A stretch of DNA of 64,000 nucleotides from Selaginella moellendorffii (Eukaryota; Plantae; Lycopodiophyta), in NCBI RefSeq assembly GCF_000143415.4, contig NW_003314334.1, forward strand, positions 261,816-325,815, in the 5' to 3' direction. Within the stretch, counting starts at the first letter, position 1; every line of letters starts with the position of its first letter. Positions 35,801 to 46,620 of this stretch are shown here, one piece after another. The position numbers and the translations under genes are program-made. Under the pieces are notes generated by a model. That model was not told where the DNA came from and ran no database searches. It was given only the letters and a program-made list of their open reading frames with translations.

Positions 35801-37418
35801 GCCTCCAATTCTTCAGCTCCTGCAGGTCCCCCCTCTTTGGAATAAGCGCAATCTGGCCCTCAAGGATCTCGCGAGGCAAGGTCCCATCACGTTGAGCATC
35901 CCACCATGCTTGTAGCAGCAGCGGGCCTATGGTCTCCCAGTGCTCCTCGAAGAAAATGGGCAAGAGGCCATCGATACCTGGCTGCTTGTCGTTGCTGAGC
36001 TTCCCGAGCGCTTCCCGAAGCTCCTCCAGTGTGAGGTCCGTCTTCAGTGAGTCGTGCCACTCATGGGGGACTCGCTGGGGAAGGGACGCAAGCACTTCCA
36101 CCGCCGCCCTTTCCCTCTCTGGAGTCCACTGCTGGGCCGTATATAGAAGTTGGTAAAACTCCTGGGCGAGCTGTTGCATCCCCTGTTGGTCCTCGATGAC
36201 TCGCCCGTCACTGTGCTTCAGTCCTAGAATGGGAGGAGAGTCCGTCACTGGCCTGATTCCCCTAAAGAAAGCCTTGTTGAGAAGGCGTTCATTCAGGGCC
36301 CATCCATCTTCCATGGCCCGGACGCCCTTGCTCCATGCAGCGTACTCCATGTCACGTAGCTCGGCTTCACGTTCATCCAGTATTGTTTGCCACTTGAGCT
36401 CATCTTGCGTGTTCAGCAACATCCTGTGTGCTGCTGCGACCTTCTTCCTGGCCAGTCTAAGGTCCTTCATCACCACCCCTTTGAGATCCTTCTGGCGCGC
36501 CCGGAGCTTCTGTGAGCAAGACAAGAGCACAGGGATCAGTCCCAGCTTGTTCTGCGCAAGGGCGTCATGTATAAGCCCAATTGCCACCGGGTCTCGCAGC
36601 GTGGCTCTAGTGATTGATCGCTGGACCGCTGTCCCTTTGTCCCTTTGGAGCTGGATCACGCATCTGAGGGGGTCGTGATCTGAGAAGGAGGCAAATCCCA
36701 GCCACGTTTTTAGGCTTCCCCCATCCTGCCGTATGCGAGACGAGGCGTAAATCCGGTCCAGTCTCGACTGGGAGGATACTGTCTGTCGCCTTGTAAAAGG
36801 GTGAGCATGAGGTGCGAATCCCGCAGCATGCTGGAGGTCCATGAGCCCCAGTATGTCCATGAGCTGACTCCACTGCTTCTGTTCACGTGGCTGAATTGTT
36901 TCCTGCATACCCCTGCGATCGCAGACGTCCTCGACCATGTTGAAATCTCCCAGGACCAGCCATTCATCTGCTTGCCCCTGTGCAGACTGTAACACACTCA
37001 GCCAGAATTCTGCACGTCTCCCTTTCTTCGTTGGTGCATAGACGTTGATTATCCCCACCCGTCCAAAGTGGAGGTGAAGGACAAGCAATTGAGCCTTTCC
37101 TGGGACGAGAACAAGGTGGTTTCGTACCTGAGCAGACCATTTGGTTGAGACTACCACTGCTGTGCCCCCTCCTGGTCTGGCCACTGCTTGCGTGGCCGGG
37201 TTCCACCAGAGCCGTCCCCTCATTCCAAAGGTGTAGTCTGGGGCCACAGTCATTTTGTGCTCTTGCAAGCATAGGATGTCGATATCTCCTTCTAAGCTGA
37301 TCTCTCGGATGTGGGACTTGAGCTGCGCCCTTTTGTTGAGTCGACTGCCGGTCCAGCTGAGTCCCCGGCAGTTCCAGGTGACGAGCGTGAGAGTTGTCAT
37401 GGAGCCACGTACTTCCAA
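32898..37418 (-). CDS. LINE ORF2: APE endonuclease, reverse transcriptase and C-terminal Zn finger (1506 aa)
   Basis: TWNCRGL, LCLQE, NVYAP, LGDFN, SRLDRIY, SDH; KNWRPITMLN, LDFEKAYDRV, RQGCPLAP, FADD; CKECGELETAQHVLWEC. Confidence 0.95.
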   Translation of the reverse strand: MEVRGSMTTLTLVTWNCRGLSWTGSRLNKRAQLKSHIREISLEGDIDILCLQEHKMTVAPDYTFGMRGRLWWNPATQAVARPGGGTAVVVSTKWSAQVRNHLVLVPGKAQLLVLHLHFGRVGIINVYAPTKKGRRAEFWLSVLQSAQGQADEWLVLGDFNMVEDVCDRRGMQETIQPREQKQWSQLMDILGLMDLQHAAGFAPHAHPFTRRQTVSSQSRLDRIYASSRIRQDGGSLKTWLGFASFSDHDPLRCVIQLQRDKGTAVQRSITRATLRDPVAIGLIHDALAQNKLGLIPVLLSCSQKLRARQKDLKGVVMKDLRLARKKVAAAHRMLLNTQDELKWQTILDEREAELRDMEYAAWSKGVRAMEDGWALNERLLNKAFFRGIRPVTDSPPILGLKHSDGRVIEDQQGMQQLAQEFYQLLYTAQQWTPERERAAVEVLASLPQRVPHEWHDSLKTDLTLEELREALGKLSNDKQPGIDGLLPIFFEEHWETIGPLLLQAWWDAQRDGTLPREILEGQIALIPKRGDLQELKNWRPITMLNTSYKVYAKAMTLKLQAVMPLIIREQQTGFVPGRQIAENIWTYLLAQRWAEISNQQTAAWLLDFEKAYDRVDWRFLEECMNTIGIPREMVTRISLLYRGATSRVTINGETGPSFQLGRSVRQGCPLAPYLFLIVAEALGTFLAEGGRIKGLTLPAARQQLPGTTRVSRELLDGAFADDTALFLLATKENMDAAKKALETFNLAAGAAINWNKSVGINWGRPGIESWGQDIGFQWLKPGEDARYLGIQVGTRFSAALQDDTLLRRVRTSIQKWAPRKLGLPARVVVARSIILPGIWYHLSIWPVPERTLRKVRTMVRQYLWRGALVTGRSMAKVAWQSTARPRVLGGLGVIDPSDMAKALRYKILLMGLQPGNQPWRLMFRQNLLAIRPKHNTARPWEEDPRWLFAEGPKQVVKGGTLVQGLLRLWSAFPVSRELPGRAEDWLNQPLFFNDLFKLDDRTLGREDHYTIWRKLHSAGFRTLKQLVRVLDKDRRKTTRHMQVFNPGRWRKVHLDLLRIIRAVSEAKQGQLWPRRCLKSGDFVALQRDVESDRERVSLGAWTRAFTAPTPAWEDRDVEVWFVVSPDQNVGRPFRVLRGDMLLPAGDEQVMPMVTDDEVKGRIRVIRQAPKQSVVVQSLAALEGEGILRWWRQQLIEDLDWDPAAWKRGARSFFSFGVKEARDGLLTSREEARGEIPKLWKKWIKQGVEANQVVGNTLAFWKLPVQEKVKATSWLVANNGLPVGQRFQEEACRRCKECGELETAQHVLWECDVAREVWRQIFKATQELGDIPEFEARSGDILHWFEGARGPAIGPAWRRIRCYGRHRWNMRVRWDVTGAEVGMSIWEALGQERWSIWRATGLQALWEARNHCRFDGQQARISAVVASWWRLTLAAVRLHYTILKERAKPRQLEEWRSRWLPCFGKLGGGEIRWQWRPPDSVLRSARGGDLDIDMIRSRRPRPLLLQD

Positions 37419-40400
37419 GAAAGTGAGGAGTTACGGGGTCTCGCCCTCCATTCTGTGGAGATGGTCCACACCGCAGTCATCTTCCCCCTGTGCTTCGTCC
37501 AGGAGAAGCCTCGGACAGTGTACTTCGCAAAGCCCGTCCACTCAGTGATAGCACTCTCCATGCGTGTGTGGTAGTCTCCAATAGTGACGACCTCTGGGAA
37601 GGCTGTGTTCCCGCGGCACATCAGCCAGTCTCCCGCCTCTGTGGGACTTAATTCCCGCTTAGGGGGAATCCACCTGACCGCCATTCCTACTGTTCGAGGG
37701 AGGACCGGCTGGAAGCCATCTCCTTCGACATCCGTAATAGGTCCCTCGAACAGTTTGGGCTGTGAGGATGAGCCCAAGAGTGGTGGGGCGACCGGGAAGC
37801 GAATGTGGGGAGCTTGGTCCGGAGGGCGTGCCTTCAAGATCCGCTCCTGCTCTGCAGGTAACTCAAACGGCTTCTGGGATGCCAACCTGTTCCGCTTGAC
37901 TGAGCAGGCCTCCTCCCGGTGTCCAGCGCGCTGGCAAAAGTTGCATCTAGGTTCTGAGTTCTCCGTTTGGATCCTGATATACTGGCCCAGCACTGCGATC
38001 TCTGTCGGGATTTCAGCCGGGGCTGACACGAAAACTTTGAGACGGATGGGACCTAGCACACCCTCTGCTTCTACAGTGTCGAGGCCGGCCGCTATCTGGC
38101 CAATACTTCCTTCAACCAGCTCCTGTATCACCGGTGTGATCCGCATTTCCATGGGAACGTCCCACAATGCAATGTTCACTGGAAAGCTCCCGCCCTTGAG
38201 ACGAGCCTGGTCCTCTGCGGTGAACCTTGGGATCCATGGGTGGAATGACACCGCCCAATTCTCGTCAATGAGGCCATGCATGGCCTCCGCCTGAGACCGT
38301 GCCTCCTCTGTCTCAAAGACAACTGTGTAGCAGCCCTTCCCATGCGGCAGCATCTTCTTCATGAGGATTCCCTGGCCCAGCGTTGCATTGATCCAATCGT
38401 TAGCCATGCGACCTGTTGGGAACTTCCCCCTGAAAACAGCAATCAGTGCCTTCTTGCGGAGTTCCTCTTCCTTCTCTGCTACTGCTCTTTGCAGAGTCTC
38501 AGCCAGCTTGACAGGGACGGCCTTTCCTCTCGTGTCGTCGTGGACCAAGTGACTTCCACCTTCCCCTACTGCTGCCACCTTGTGCTCTTCGGCCTGACCA
38601 TGTGTTCCCTCGTTCACTTTATGTGAGGTGTACTCCTTGTTAGCATCACTGTTCCCGTCCGAGGAGTGCAGCGCTTCTACCACCTTTCCGCAGCCCCGAG
38701 TCTTCCTCGCTCTCGACTGGGCTTTTGCCACTCGCTCCGGGGTGTCAACCTCCTGGTGCTGGTACGCCCGAGACTCTGTTCTCTTGTCTGGCAGGGCGTG
38801 CTCCTCCTCAAGGAAGGCTTCAACTGTGTTTGTCCAGGCTGGGTCCTCCTTGGCAAGTCTCAGAGTTTTAAGCTTCCGCCGCGTTGCTCGCTTCACTTTC
38901 TTCTTCTCACGCTTGGTCTTCCTCTTGTTGAAGGCATCGCGGTCCTGGAACTGAAGTGTACCATCTGACTGTTCCTCCAGTGAGCACTCCGTTTCTGGCT
39001 CTGTTTCTGGCTCTCCGAGTCCCACTTCAACTGTTGGTGTTGGCGTGGTAGCCACTTTGCCACCTTGTTCTTGCGCCCATGCATCGAAGAGGTCCGCTTG
39101 CTGTGTGGCCACTGCCTTCGTGATTATCCCTTGAGCTTCACGCAGTGCAGGGCCCAACACGAGGTCCTCTCCCAAAGGACTCAGATCCAGCTCTCTGATC
39201 GTGCACATCAGGGTTGACTGGAGTTCTTTGCGTACGGGAAGCGGAGAACTTTGGATCCTTTCCTCAAAGTGGTGGGGGTCCCAGACCAGCCTCCCTGCCT
39301 TGTCGAGTCGTGGGAGTGGAGAGGGAAGCGACTCCTTCTGCTCCTCGTGTGGTGTTGTGGGAGAGTCCGGATCTGATTTCCTCACTTGTTGTAAGTGCGC
39401 AGGGTCCACCTGGTGTGTTTCCTCCTGTACTCTTGCATGTACTAGATCAGGGATGAGCCCGGCCACGTCTGTAGGAGTTTCTGGGTGGGACAGGGGGTTC
39501 CCACCAGCTGGGCATGAACTTGACGCATTCCCGTAAGCAGGGAGTGTGCCAGCTGCGCAGTCCTTCCGAGTCTTAAGGTTCTCTGTTAGAATTGCGAGAG
39601 CTGCACGACGTGCATCCCACAGAGAGATGTTCCCCACGTCTTCCCCCTCATCCAGTTGGTGAGTTAGCTGCGAGACTTCATGCTGGATTCGCTGTGCTGA
39701 CTCTCGACACACCTGTTCCGTGAACTGCTCACTGTTCCAAAAGACTATACCACCGCTTGCAGGCTTCGGCAAGAACAAGTGCAGACAATCTGTGCTATCT
39801 CCACCCTGACTCAAGTCCATGCAGCGCCTCGTCACTGGAGGCTGTGGGCTGGATCGGGGCCTCACACTTGAGGAACGAGCTGGTGAAGATGGGAGTGAAG
39901 CTCTGGGCTTGTTTGTCAGGTCCGACAAGCATCTGTGGGCAAACTTCAGTGTCCGAAGAAGCGGCTCCTTGTTCTGTCCTAGGACCACGGCTGAACGGTC
40001 TGGCTCTCTAGAGATCTCCTGGCCTGGTTGTGCCTCTGAATGGGGGATTGTGAACTCACCTTCTAGTGAGGCCTCCATGTTGAGCCTGCAAGACAGAAGT
40101 GCATCGTCCTGTTCCCCTCTATTTTTGGACGTTCTGGGTGGGGCAGACTTGAGTTCTCCTGTCCCACGTCCTGGCTTGGCTGCTGCTGCACGTGCTGCTG
40201 CTCTGGTGGTGACCCCTGCCCTGACCCTGGTGTGCCGCTCCTGTACTTCTGTGAGACATCCAACCCTGTGAATCCCTTCAACGGCGAAAGTGTTTGGGAT
40301 AAATCCCCGCAAGCCTTCCTGACTTGTAACTGACCCGAGACCCTCACGAAGCTCCTGGACTCCAGCCAGTGCCCAAGCAAGTGGGTGAGGGGAGGTAGCT

Positions 40401-40429
40401 TCGTCCTCTCCACCACTCTCAGTGGGCAT
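37397..40429 (-). CDS. LINE ORF1 (~1010 aa from the first ATG) with CCHC knuckle
   Basis: RRM/DUF4283-like segment (GKGCYTVVFETEEAR..SFHPW) and CNFCQRAGHREEAC. Overlaps ORF2 by 22 nt; the frame is open up to the element boundary. Confidence 0.85.
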   Translation of the reverse strand: MPTESGGEDEATSPHPLAWALAGVQELREGLGSVTSQEGLRGFIPNTFAVEGIHRVGCLTEVQERHTRVRAGVTTRAAARAAAAKPGRGTGELKSAPPRTSKNRGEQDDALLSCRLNMEASLEGEFTIPHSEAQPGQEISREPDRSAVVLGQNKEPLLRTLKFAHRCLSDLTNKPRASLPSSPARSSSVRPRSSPQPPVTRRCMDLSQGGDSTDCLHLFLPKPASGGIVFWNSEQFTEQVCRESAQRIQHEVSQLTHQLDEGEDVGNISLWDARRAALAILTENLKTRKDCAAGTLPAYGNASSSCPAGGNPLSHPETPTDVAGLIPDLVHARVQEETHQVDPAHLQQVRKSDPDSPTTPHEEQKESLPSPLPRLDKAGRLVWDPHHFEERIQSSPLPVRKELQSTLMCTIRELDLSPLGEDLVLGPALREAQGIITKAVATQQADLFDAWAQEQGGKVATTPTPTVEVGLGEPETEPETECSLEEQSDGTLQFQDRDAFNKRKTKREKKKVKRATRRKLKTLRLAKEDPAWTNTVEAFLEEEHALPDKRTESRAYQHQEVDTPERVAKAQSRARKTRGCGKVVEALHSSDGNSDANKEYTSHKVNEGTHGQAEEHKVAAVGEGGSHLVHDDTRGKAVPVKLAETLQRAVAEKEEELRKKALIAVFRGKFPTGRMANDWINATLGQGILMKKMLPHGKGCYTVVFETEEARSQAEAMHGLIDENWAVSFHPWIPRFTAEDQARLKGGSFPVNIALWDVPMEMRITPVIQELVEGSIGQIAAGLDTVEAEGVLGPIRLKVFVSAPAEIPTEIAVLGQYIRIQTENSEPRCNFCQRAGHREEACSVKRNRLASQKPFELPAEQERILKARPPDQAPHIRFPVAPPLLGSSSQPKLFEGPITDVEGDGFQPVLPRTVGMAVRWIPPKRELSPTEAGDWLMCRGNTAFPEVVTIGDYHTRMESAITEWTGFAKYTVRGFSWTKHRGKMTAVWTISTEWRARPRNSSLSWKYVAP

Positions 40430-40806
40430 CTCGTCTCTGGCTTGGCTTTTACTTCCAGCTTGTTCCAGGACCTGTCCATCCCCCAGCCCTGAAACATCCA
40501 CCACTTCTATCCCGCAATCTCTACGTTTGCAACACTGGAGCTGATATTTGTTTTTGTGCTGAGACTGGGCATTGTTCCCGCATTTTACCGGTGAATCTTC
40601 GCAAAGCAAGCCACTATCTAATGCCAATTTGGCATTAGATGTCCTTTGGCATTGCCAAAGGACATTCAGCTCGCCCGTCACATCCGTGGTGAGAGGGCTT
40701 ATCTTACTGCATTAAGATATCCATTGTGTCAAGGACACACGTTTTGAACATTTCTAAAGCACCAATGCTGGACTTCAAAAGCCCATCAGATCTGCAATAG
40801 AGAAGT

Positions 40807-41645
40807 ATGGCTGGAAGCGGCAATCTCCCCGTGCTCGTTCTTCTTCTGTTGGCCTCGTTATCCTGTGAGAGAGATCTCCACTTGTATGTTCGATTCTAAC
40901 TCGGACTCCTGTTCTTGCAGCTGCTCAAGGTGGTGTCGTCGAGGTTTGCAATGGTGACCTCACCTATACCGATTGCAGCAACTGCTGTAGTCTGAAGAAA
41001 GGTTGTGTCTATCTGCAACCTGGTTCAGGACAAGTCACTTGCATTGGCGGTGATTCAAGGGCTTGTACCCGGGAGTGCCAAGGTCCGAAGTTGGCCGTAT
41101 GCCCATTGCCTTCATCAGGATTCCCAACATCAGGCATCAAGGTGCTCAAGGGAAAACTCCCACCCCGACAACCTGGATGCGGTTACTACAACATCGTTAA
41201 CGGTGACCCCATCCCGCGGCTGGAGCAGCAGGGCACAGATCAAGGTAACCGCCTTGTTCATTATGTTCAGGAAGCTCAGCCCTCTCCGATAGAGCTCATG
41301 GCAGGAAGGAAGTGTAAGCTTGATTCGATTGTGGAGGTCTGCAATGCCGAGGTCTCCAAAGATAACTGTGGTTGCTGCTTCGGGAAATCCGGTTGCATCT
41401 ACTTGGAGAATCCATCCGCAAACAGCACCTGCCTGCCTACTGAAGACCCCATGGGGGTTTGCGCCCTCGTTTGCCTGCCCAGAGTGTCCATTTGTGCCAA
41501 GTCTGTAACTTTTCAGGGCACCACCCTGCAGTCTTGCAGGAATGCACGCCGCAGCTGCGAGGACATGAAAGAGGGCTGCAGTCTCTACGATCGCAACACC
41601 GGAGCTGATCTCTGCGCTGCAGGGGGTATCGCTCTGCCTGTCTAG
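40807..41645 (+). CDS. Pin-II-like protease inhibitor, copy 4 (260 aa; intron 40865-40920)
   Basis: Exon 1 (58 nt) + exon 2 (725 nt) = 261 codons. P1 Arg codon CGG at 41070-41072. Confidence 0.78.
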
Positions 41646-41860
41646 TCTAGTTGCTGAAACTAGTTATGGGCATTACTATTATGAATGAATAAGGCTGCTT
41701 GCTATAATCCATTGTTCTCAAGACTGAAGTAAACAATCCTAGGCTCTCAAATCTACTATAGATCTAGAAACTTCAGAGACTCCACTATAGAGAGGCATTG
41801 TATGCATACCTTGCAATCAAAAGCTTTGCTTGTTCCCAATTTGAGGTGTGTTGGATTGCT

Positions 41861-44165
41861 AAGTACCAAATCCTTGTTCTCGGGATCCATCACCCAGTCC
41901 ATCCACAGGACAACTCCATGGCAGAGCCCAGTCTTTACAACGCTAACCTGTGCAAAAGTAGCAGAAAACATTAAGTGGTACCAAAGAGGACAGAATTGAA
42001 TAACCTTTGCAAATCCACTTAGACTCTTCCTGACGCATGTTGAACTCGAGCAGCGAAAACGGTTTTGTCAATGACCTGTGATCAAAGCCATCGACTTCTT
42101 CAAGGCGACAGCGGCTTTGCCACAAATCCTGATTTAGCCAACATGAAACCAAAGTCACTGCAGAGAAAATAATCAACTTACAGGAAGATGACAAGCCATC
42201 CCATAGAGAATTCCAAAGCAGGGAACTATAATAGGGTTCTCTGATAGCAACGGACTTAGCGTCGTTCTCTCGTACCTGGATTCTCACTGCTTTAAAACAA
42301 CTTCCAACTCTTTAGAAAACGAAACGAAAACGAACCAAAACCGAAGCTGCTTCCACGGCAACGCATGCTCGTACGTGGCGTAATAAGGCTCCCCTAGAAG
42401 AACATCCACCTGTCGCGAAAAGAAAGAAACCCGTCCATATCCAATGGAGTTGCAAGACTGTATACTTTATGCCCCTTGAAATCGTCCCCAGTGAGATGCT
42501 TGCCGTCTTTGTGTATAATAGACAGCTTGCTCGCGACGCTCTCCAAGTACTTCAAGCCATCTCTTCTACAGCCTGGAAACAAGCCAGCCACATGGCAGGA
42601 TCCATGCGCTGTAGATAGAGCACACACGGCGCTCATCAGGCCGTCATCCCGAATGAGACAGTTTCCAAGTTCTCGTTCTCCAAGCTGGACAGAAAGAAAA
42701 AGAAACAATCGTACTCACAGATTCAAAACACACTTACAGCTTTCTGAATGGCAGACTGTATGATAGAACGCCTGCTACCGTCACCAAGCATGCGACACCT
42801 TTGTAGGCTCAGCTCGAAACCAGACGCTGAACTATTACAGCGTACACCATTGATGTCATACCGCACTGACGCTTCATCATGGCTGACTACGACGCGAAGC
42901 TCCGACTGCTCCTCCACCGAAACACCTTGTCCAGGAAGAAACCACACACATTGTTTCCAATGGTCACACCACTCGCTTGCCCCTGAGAACACAAATCTGC
43001 GGAGTTACTCAAAGAATCGAACAGGAAAACAAACCTCTGATCCAACGAGGAGCAGTTGAGTAGCAAACCAGGCCATCTTTGTCAAGCTGCAGCACCCACC
43101 TTGTCAAGTTCAAGCAGAGAAGAAAGCGAACCAAGAAGTAGCGAATCCGAGCAAGTTTCGTACCATGAAACTATTGCGTGAGCAGTCCCAGAGAAGTTGA
43201 CATGCACGGCTTGATTAAATTCTCCACGCACATCTGGAGCTCTATAGAAGTCAAGAACGAAGGCCTCAAACGGCTCGGAAAGCTGCAGCGCCACGGGTTT
43301 TGGTAACTTGTAAGAGAACTCTACTAAATTACCAGCTTCATACCGGGGATTTCATCAACGTGAAACGCATGCTGTCTGTGCTTGAAGTAAGAGTAGAAAT
43401 CATTGGGAGCGAAAGCCAATCCGTCCTGCAGCTGGTCTTCTACCCCTTGAAGGTCGTGCAATCTCCAGAGAAAGTCGCTCTCGACTAGCTAAGAGAAAGA
43501 AGTAAACTCAACACTGAGCTAAGAAAAAAGACTTTGCTATATACCTGGGCATACACAGTAGCTCGATATGGCACTGTGGCAGCATTAGGCCGGAGTAAAT
43601 GCTCATGAGCGTTCCTTAGACTTGGAATGATCCCTTCTCCAAGCAACTCCGAGTCTAAAATCTCACACACCTGGAGAGACAAAGAGTCCAGAGGAAACGA
43701 AGAAGAAGAATGTGTACAGACTTAGCGTACCAATGCATCGGCTTTGCTAGAGATGTCCACCCCGACTTTGATCTCATCCGAGCCCATATGGAGCAGCTTG
43801 ATCGCTCCCATCGTCCCATTGTCTCGGCAAACTTTGCGAGCCAGCTTGTACATTGGAAGAAAAGATTCGCAAGCAGTCACCTGGCACTGCTCTTCCATTG
43901 CCCGCCAAGCCATGAGCGACAAGAGCCCAGTGCCAGCACTGTCAAGAACGAGCTCAGGAAACGAAAGAAGGATCTCTCTAGCCTCACCCAATGTCCAGGA
44001 CATGGCCATGGCGGCCGACCTTCGCGATTGCTGAAGAGAATGCCCTGTTCCTGGCGCGATCATTCAGCATGTCAAGATACGAGCTCTCTGCCAGGGGATC
44101 GCTCGCATCGCCGCCGTCGCCTCCATCGCCAACGAGAATCCATTCGCTCTCCCCCGTGAGCGCAT
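41861..44165 (-). pseudogene. PRMT7: PRMT7 copy 3 (frameshift at start, 3'-truncated)
   Basis: Mirror of copy 1 with the same 3' break, plus a 19-nt deletion between two aatgc repeats at the start codon. Confidence 0.85.
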
Positions 44166-44205
44166 TGCTTCCTTCTAAAACCCTAAACTCACAAAGAATG
44201 AAAGA

Positions 44206-45580
44206 ATGACTGGGTGCTTGGAGCTCATCCATTGCTGTGCAACTCCATCTCAAGCTCTCCAAGCTCACTCCAGGATCCAATCCATCACTAGCGGCGACAT
44301 CTTCCTTTGCAACAAGCTCATCCAGATGTACGGGAGGTGCTCTACTGTCTCTAATGCCCGCCGCGTGTTTGACTCGCTCCCCAGAAAAGATTCCTTCTCC
44401 TGGGATCTCCTGCTCAATGCCTACGTACTGAACGGGGTTTTGGAGGAAGCCCAGAGAATCTTTGCCCCACAAGAGCGTCATGCCTTGGAATGTGCCCTTG
44501 GCGGGATATGCCCGGACTGGGCATATGCAAGAGTGCGTCAAGATGTTCGAGTCTGCGGCATGCTCCGAGAATGGACGGCTGGATCTCTCCCAGCAGCTGT
44601 TTGGCAGTATTCCTTTGATGTGGCGACGTGGAATGGCATGCTGGCAGCGTATGCCCGTGCCGGTCGTGTAGAGGAATCTACAAACTTCCTAGAAGAGATG
44701 CCAGAAAGAAGCCTGGTTTCATGCACAACAACCATGTTTTTAGGGACATTGTCTCCTGGAACTCAATGTTTGCGGCATATGCCAGTCACAGTTGCATAGA
44801 GCAGTCAACGTGCGTGTTTGAGAAAATGCCACAGAGGGATCTTGTGTCATGGACCACAATGCTGCTCTTGAAAAGCAAGTGTGGCGTACGGAATCGAGGA
44901 GATACAGCACAACTTCAACCCCGTGCCAGAGCAAGGCCTCCTATCCTTCAACACAATGCTCTCGGCATATTCTCAGCATGGGCATCTGACCAAGGCCATA
45001 AGAATGTTTGTAAGTCTCCCCCAACACGAATCTGCCACGTGGAATACTGTGCTGACAGCATATGCCGGTAATGGGCATCTGGGCAGAGATTTGAAGCTGC
45101 TGGCCCTGATTCCCGTGCCTGACATGGTTTCATATGCCGGGATGCTGGTAGCCCTAGCTCATTTGAGGCATTGGAACTGTTTGGTTCTCTAAAGACACTC
45201 CACCTCCCGGACTTGACGTGCTTTGTTTTGGGTCTGGTGGCTTGCAGCCATACTGGAAATGTGAGGCGAGGAAGGTAGTGCCTTTGCTTCAGTGGTAGCA
45301 GACTATGGAATGGAGCCAACCAAGCAACACTATCGATGCTTTGTGTGGGCCGGTCAGGGCATCTTAATGAGGCCATTGCAAACCTGCCATATTTTGGAGT
45401 GGACTAGCTTGCTTGGGCCAGCCATAGAGTCTTACAGAACGGGGGCCGTGCTGCAAACATGGTATTCAGGATGAATCCAGAGCAGGGAGGAGCGTATGCA
45501 TTGTTATCCACACTTATGAACCAGTAACACTGTCGTTATAAACACATGATCATCATCGTACAAATAACTTTTCTAGCTAG
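44206..45580 (+). pseudogene. PLS-class PPR pseudogene (Y3)
   Basis: Inverted copy; includes MVADYGMEPTKQHYRC; frameshifted. Confidence 0.85.
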
Positions 45581-45650
45581 CGGATAGTGGTCATATTGTA
45601 GCATTTGGATTGGCAGCCTTTAGAAAGGCTGACATGGGAAAATTAATCCT

Positions 45651-46620
45651 ATGTTACTAAGGTCATTGTTTTCATCAAGTCTTTCTTGTTTTTTCCATGG
45701 CTTTCCGTTCATTCTTTTCAATTCTCCTTGGGTTGCTATTCAAGGTGGTGATAGTGCCAAAAAATTCAATGGCACTTGTGTTCCTCCGGCAATCTTTAGC
45801 TTTACTGATTCACTCTCTGATACTGGCAACCGCAACCTTGAAGCAATTGCTGCTGGCGCTTTTAGTCTCTCTGGAAATTTGCCATATTGAGTGACACTTG
45901 GAAAAGCCACAGGGGATGGATACATTTGTATTGATTATTTAGCTTGTTCTCTCAAGCTTGGAGATTTTGAGCGTCCTAGCTTGACTTACAATGGAACTTA
46001 TTTTATGGGCTTGAATTTGGAGTGACTGTTCGTCCAACTAGTATTATAATACTTCTTTCTCATGTTTTATCTACGCAAGTTTCAGGTTTTCTATGACATA
46101 AACAATATTACAACTTCATAAAGATAAAGCACTTTATTATATTGGTAATAATCCTAATTATGGTATGCAATATGGAAAATATCAATTCCATCTGTGATGG
46201 CTGGCATTAAATCTAGTATTATGGATTTATATAATTCTGGTGCCAAACATTTTCTGGTGATGAATCTTCCTCGTCAAGATTGTTCTCGTGGCTATTTACA
46301 AGAGTTTGTTGATATTGGGGGTATGCAATATGTTATTGAGCTTACAAATATTATTAAGCTATTTTGGATATCGTGAATGATATTAAAAATCAGAACGATG
46401 ATATTGAACTATACTATCTTGATTGAGCTTATGAAATATGGATCAATATGGATTTAAAACTTATAAAGTGGCTTGTTGCAGTGCACCAGGAGATGATTTT
46501 CCATTGCAATAATCCAATATTATGTGGATGCGGAACACAAAATGGTACACTATGTGATAATCCAGGTGCACATTTATCTTTTGATGGTTACTCAACATTT
46601 TATGAGGTTTCTTGACTTTG
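45651..46620 (+). pseudogene. GDSL esterase/lipase pseudogene (Y3)
   Basis: CVPPAIFSFTDSLSDTGN...NLPY* and DLYNSGAKHFLVMNLP; stops and frameshifts. Confidence 0.8.

Larger units (their letters stand above)
32790..40513 (-). mobile_element. LINE (L1/Tx1-like non-LTR retrotransposon), 7.7 kb
   Basis: Perfect 17-bp TSD gcaatctctacgtttgc at 32773-32789 and 40514-40530. The empty site is present in the paralogous X modules. Two long open ORFs. Confidence 0.95.

Noticed and set aside
32915-40271. Many plus-strand ORFs within the LINE, and shadow ORFs over the PPR, PRMT7 and pol regions
   Set aside because: Antisense or alternate-frame shadows of real coding sequence, with no motifs of their own.
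40430-40681. N-terminal part of the 1094-aa ORF (37397-40681) as a host-LINE fusion protein
   Set aside because: It starts at a non-ATG codon in flanking DNA, antisense to the H3 relic and beyond the TSD; this is a chance in-frame extension.
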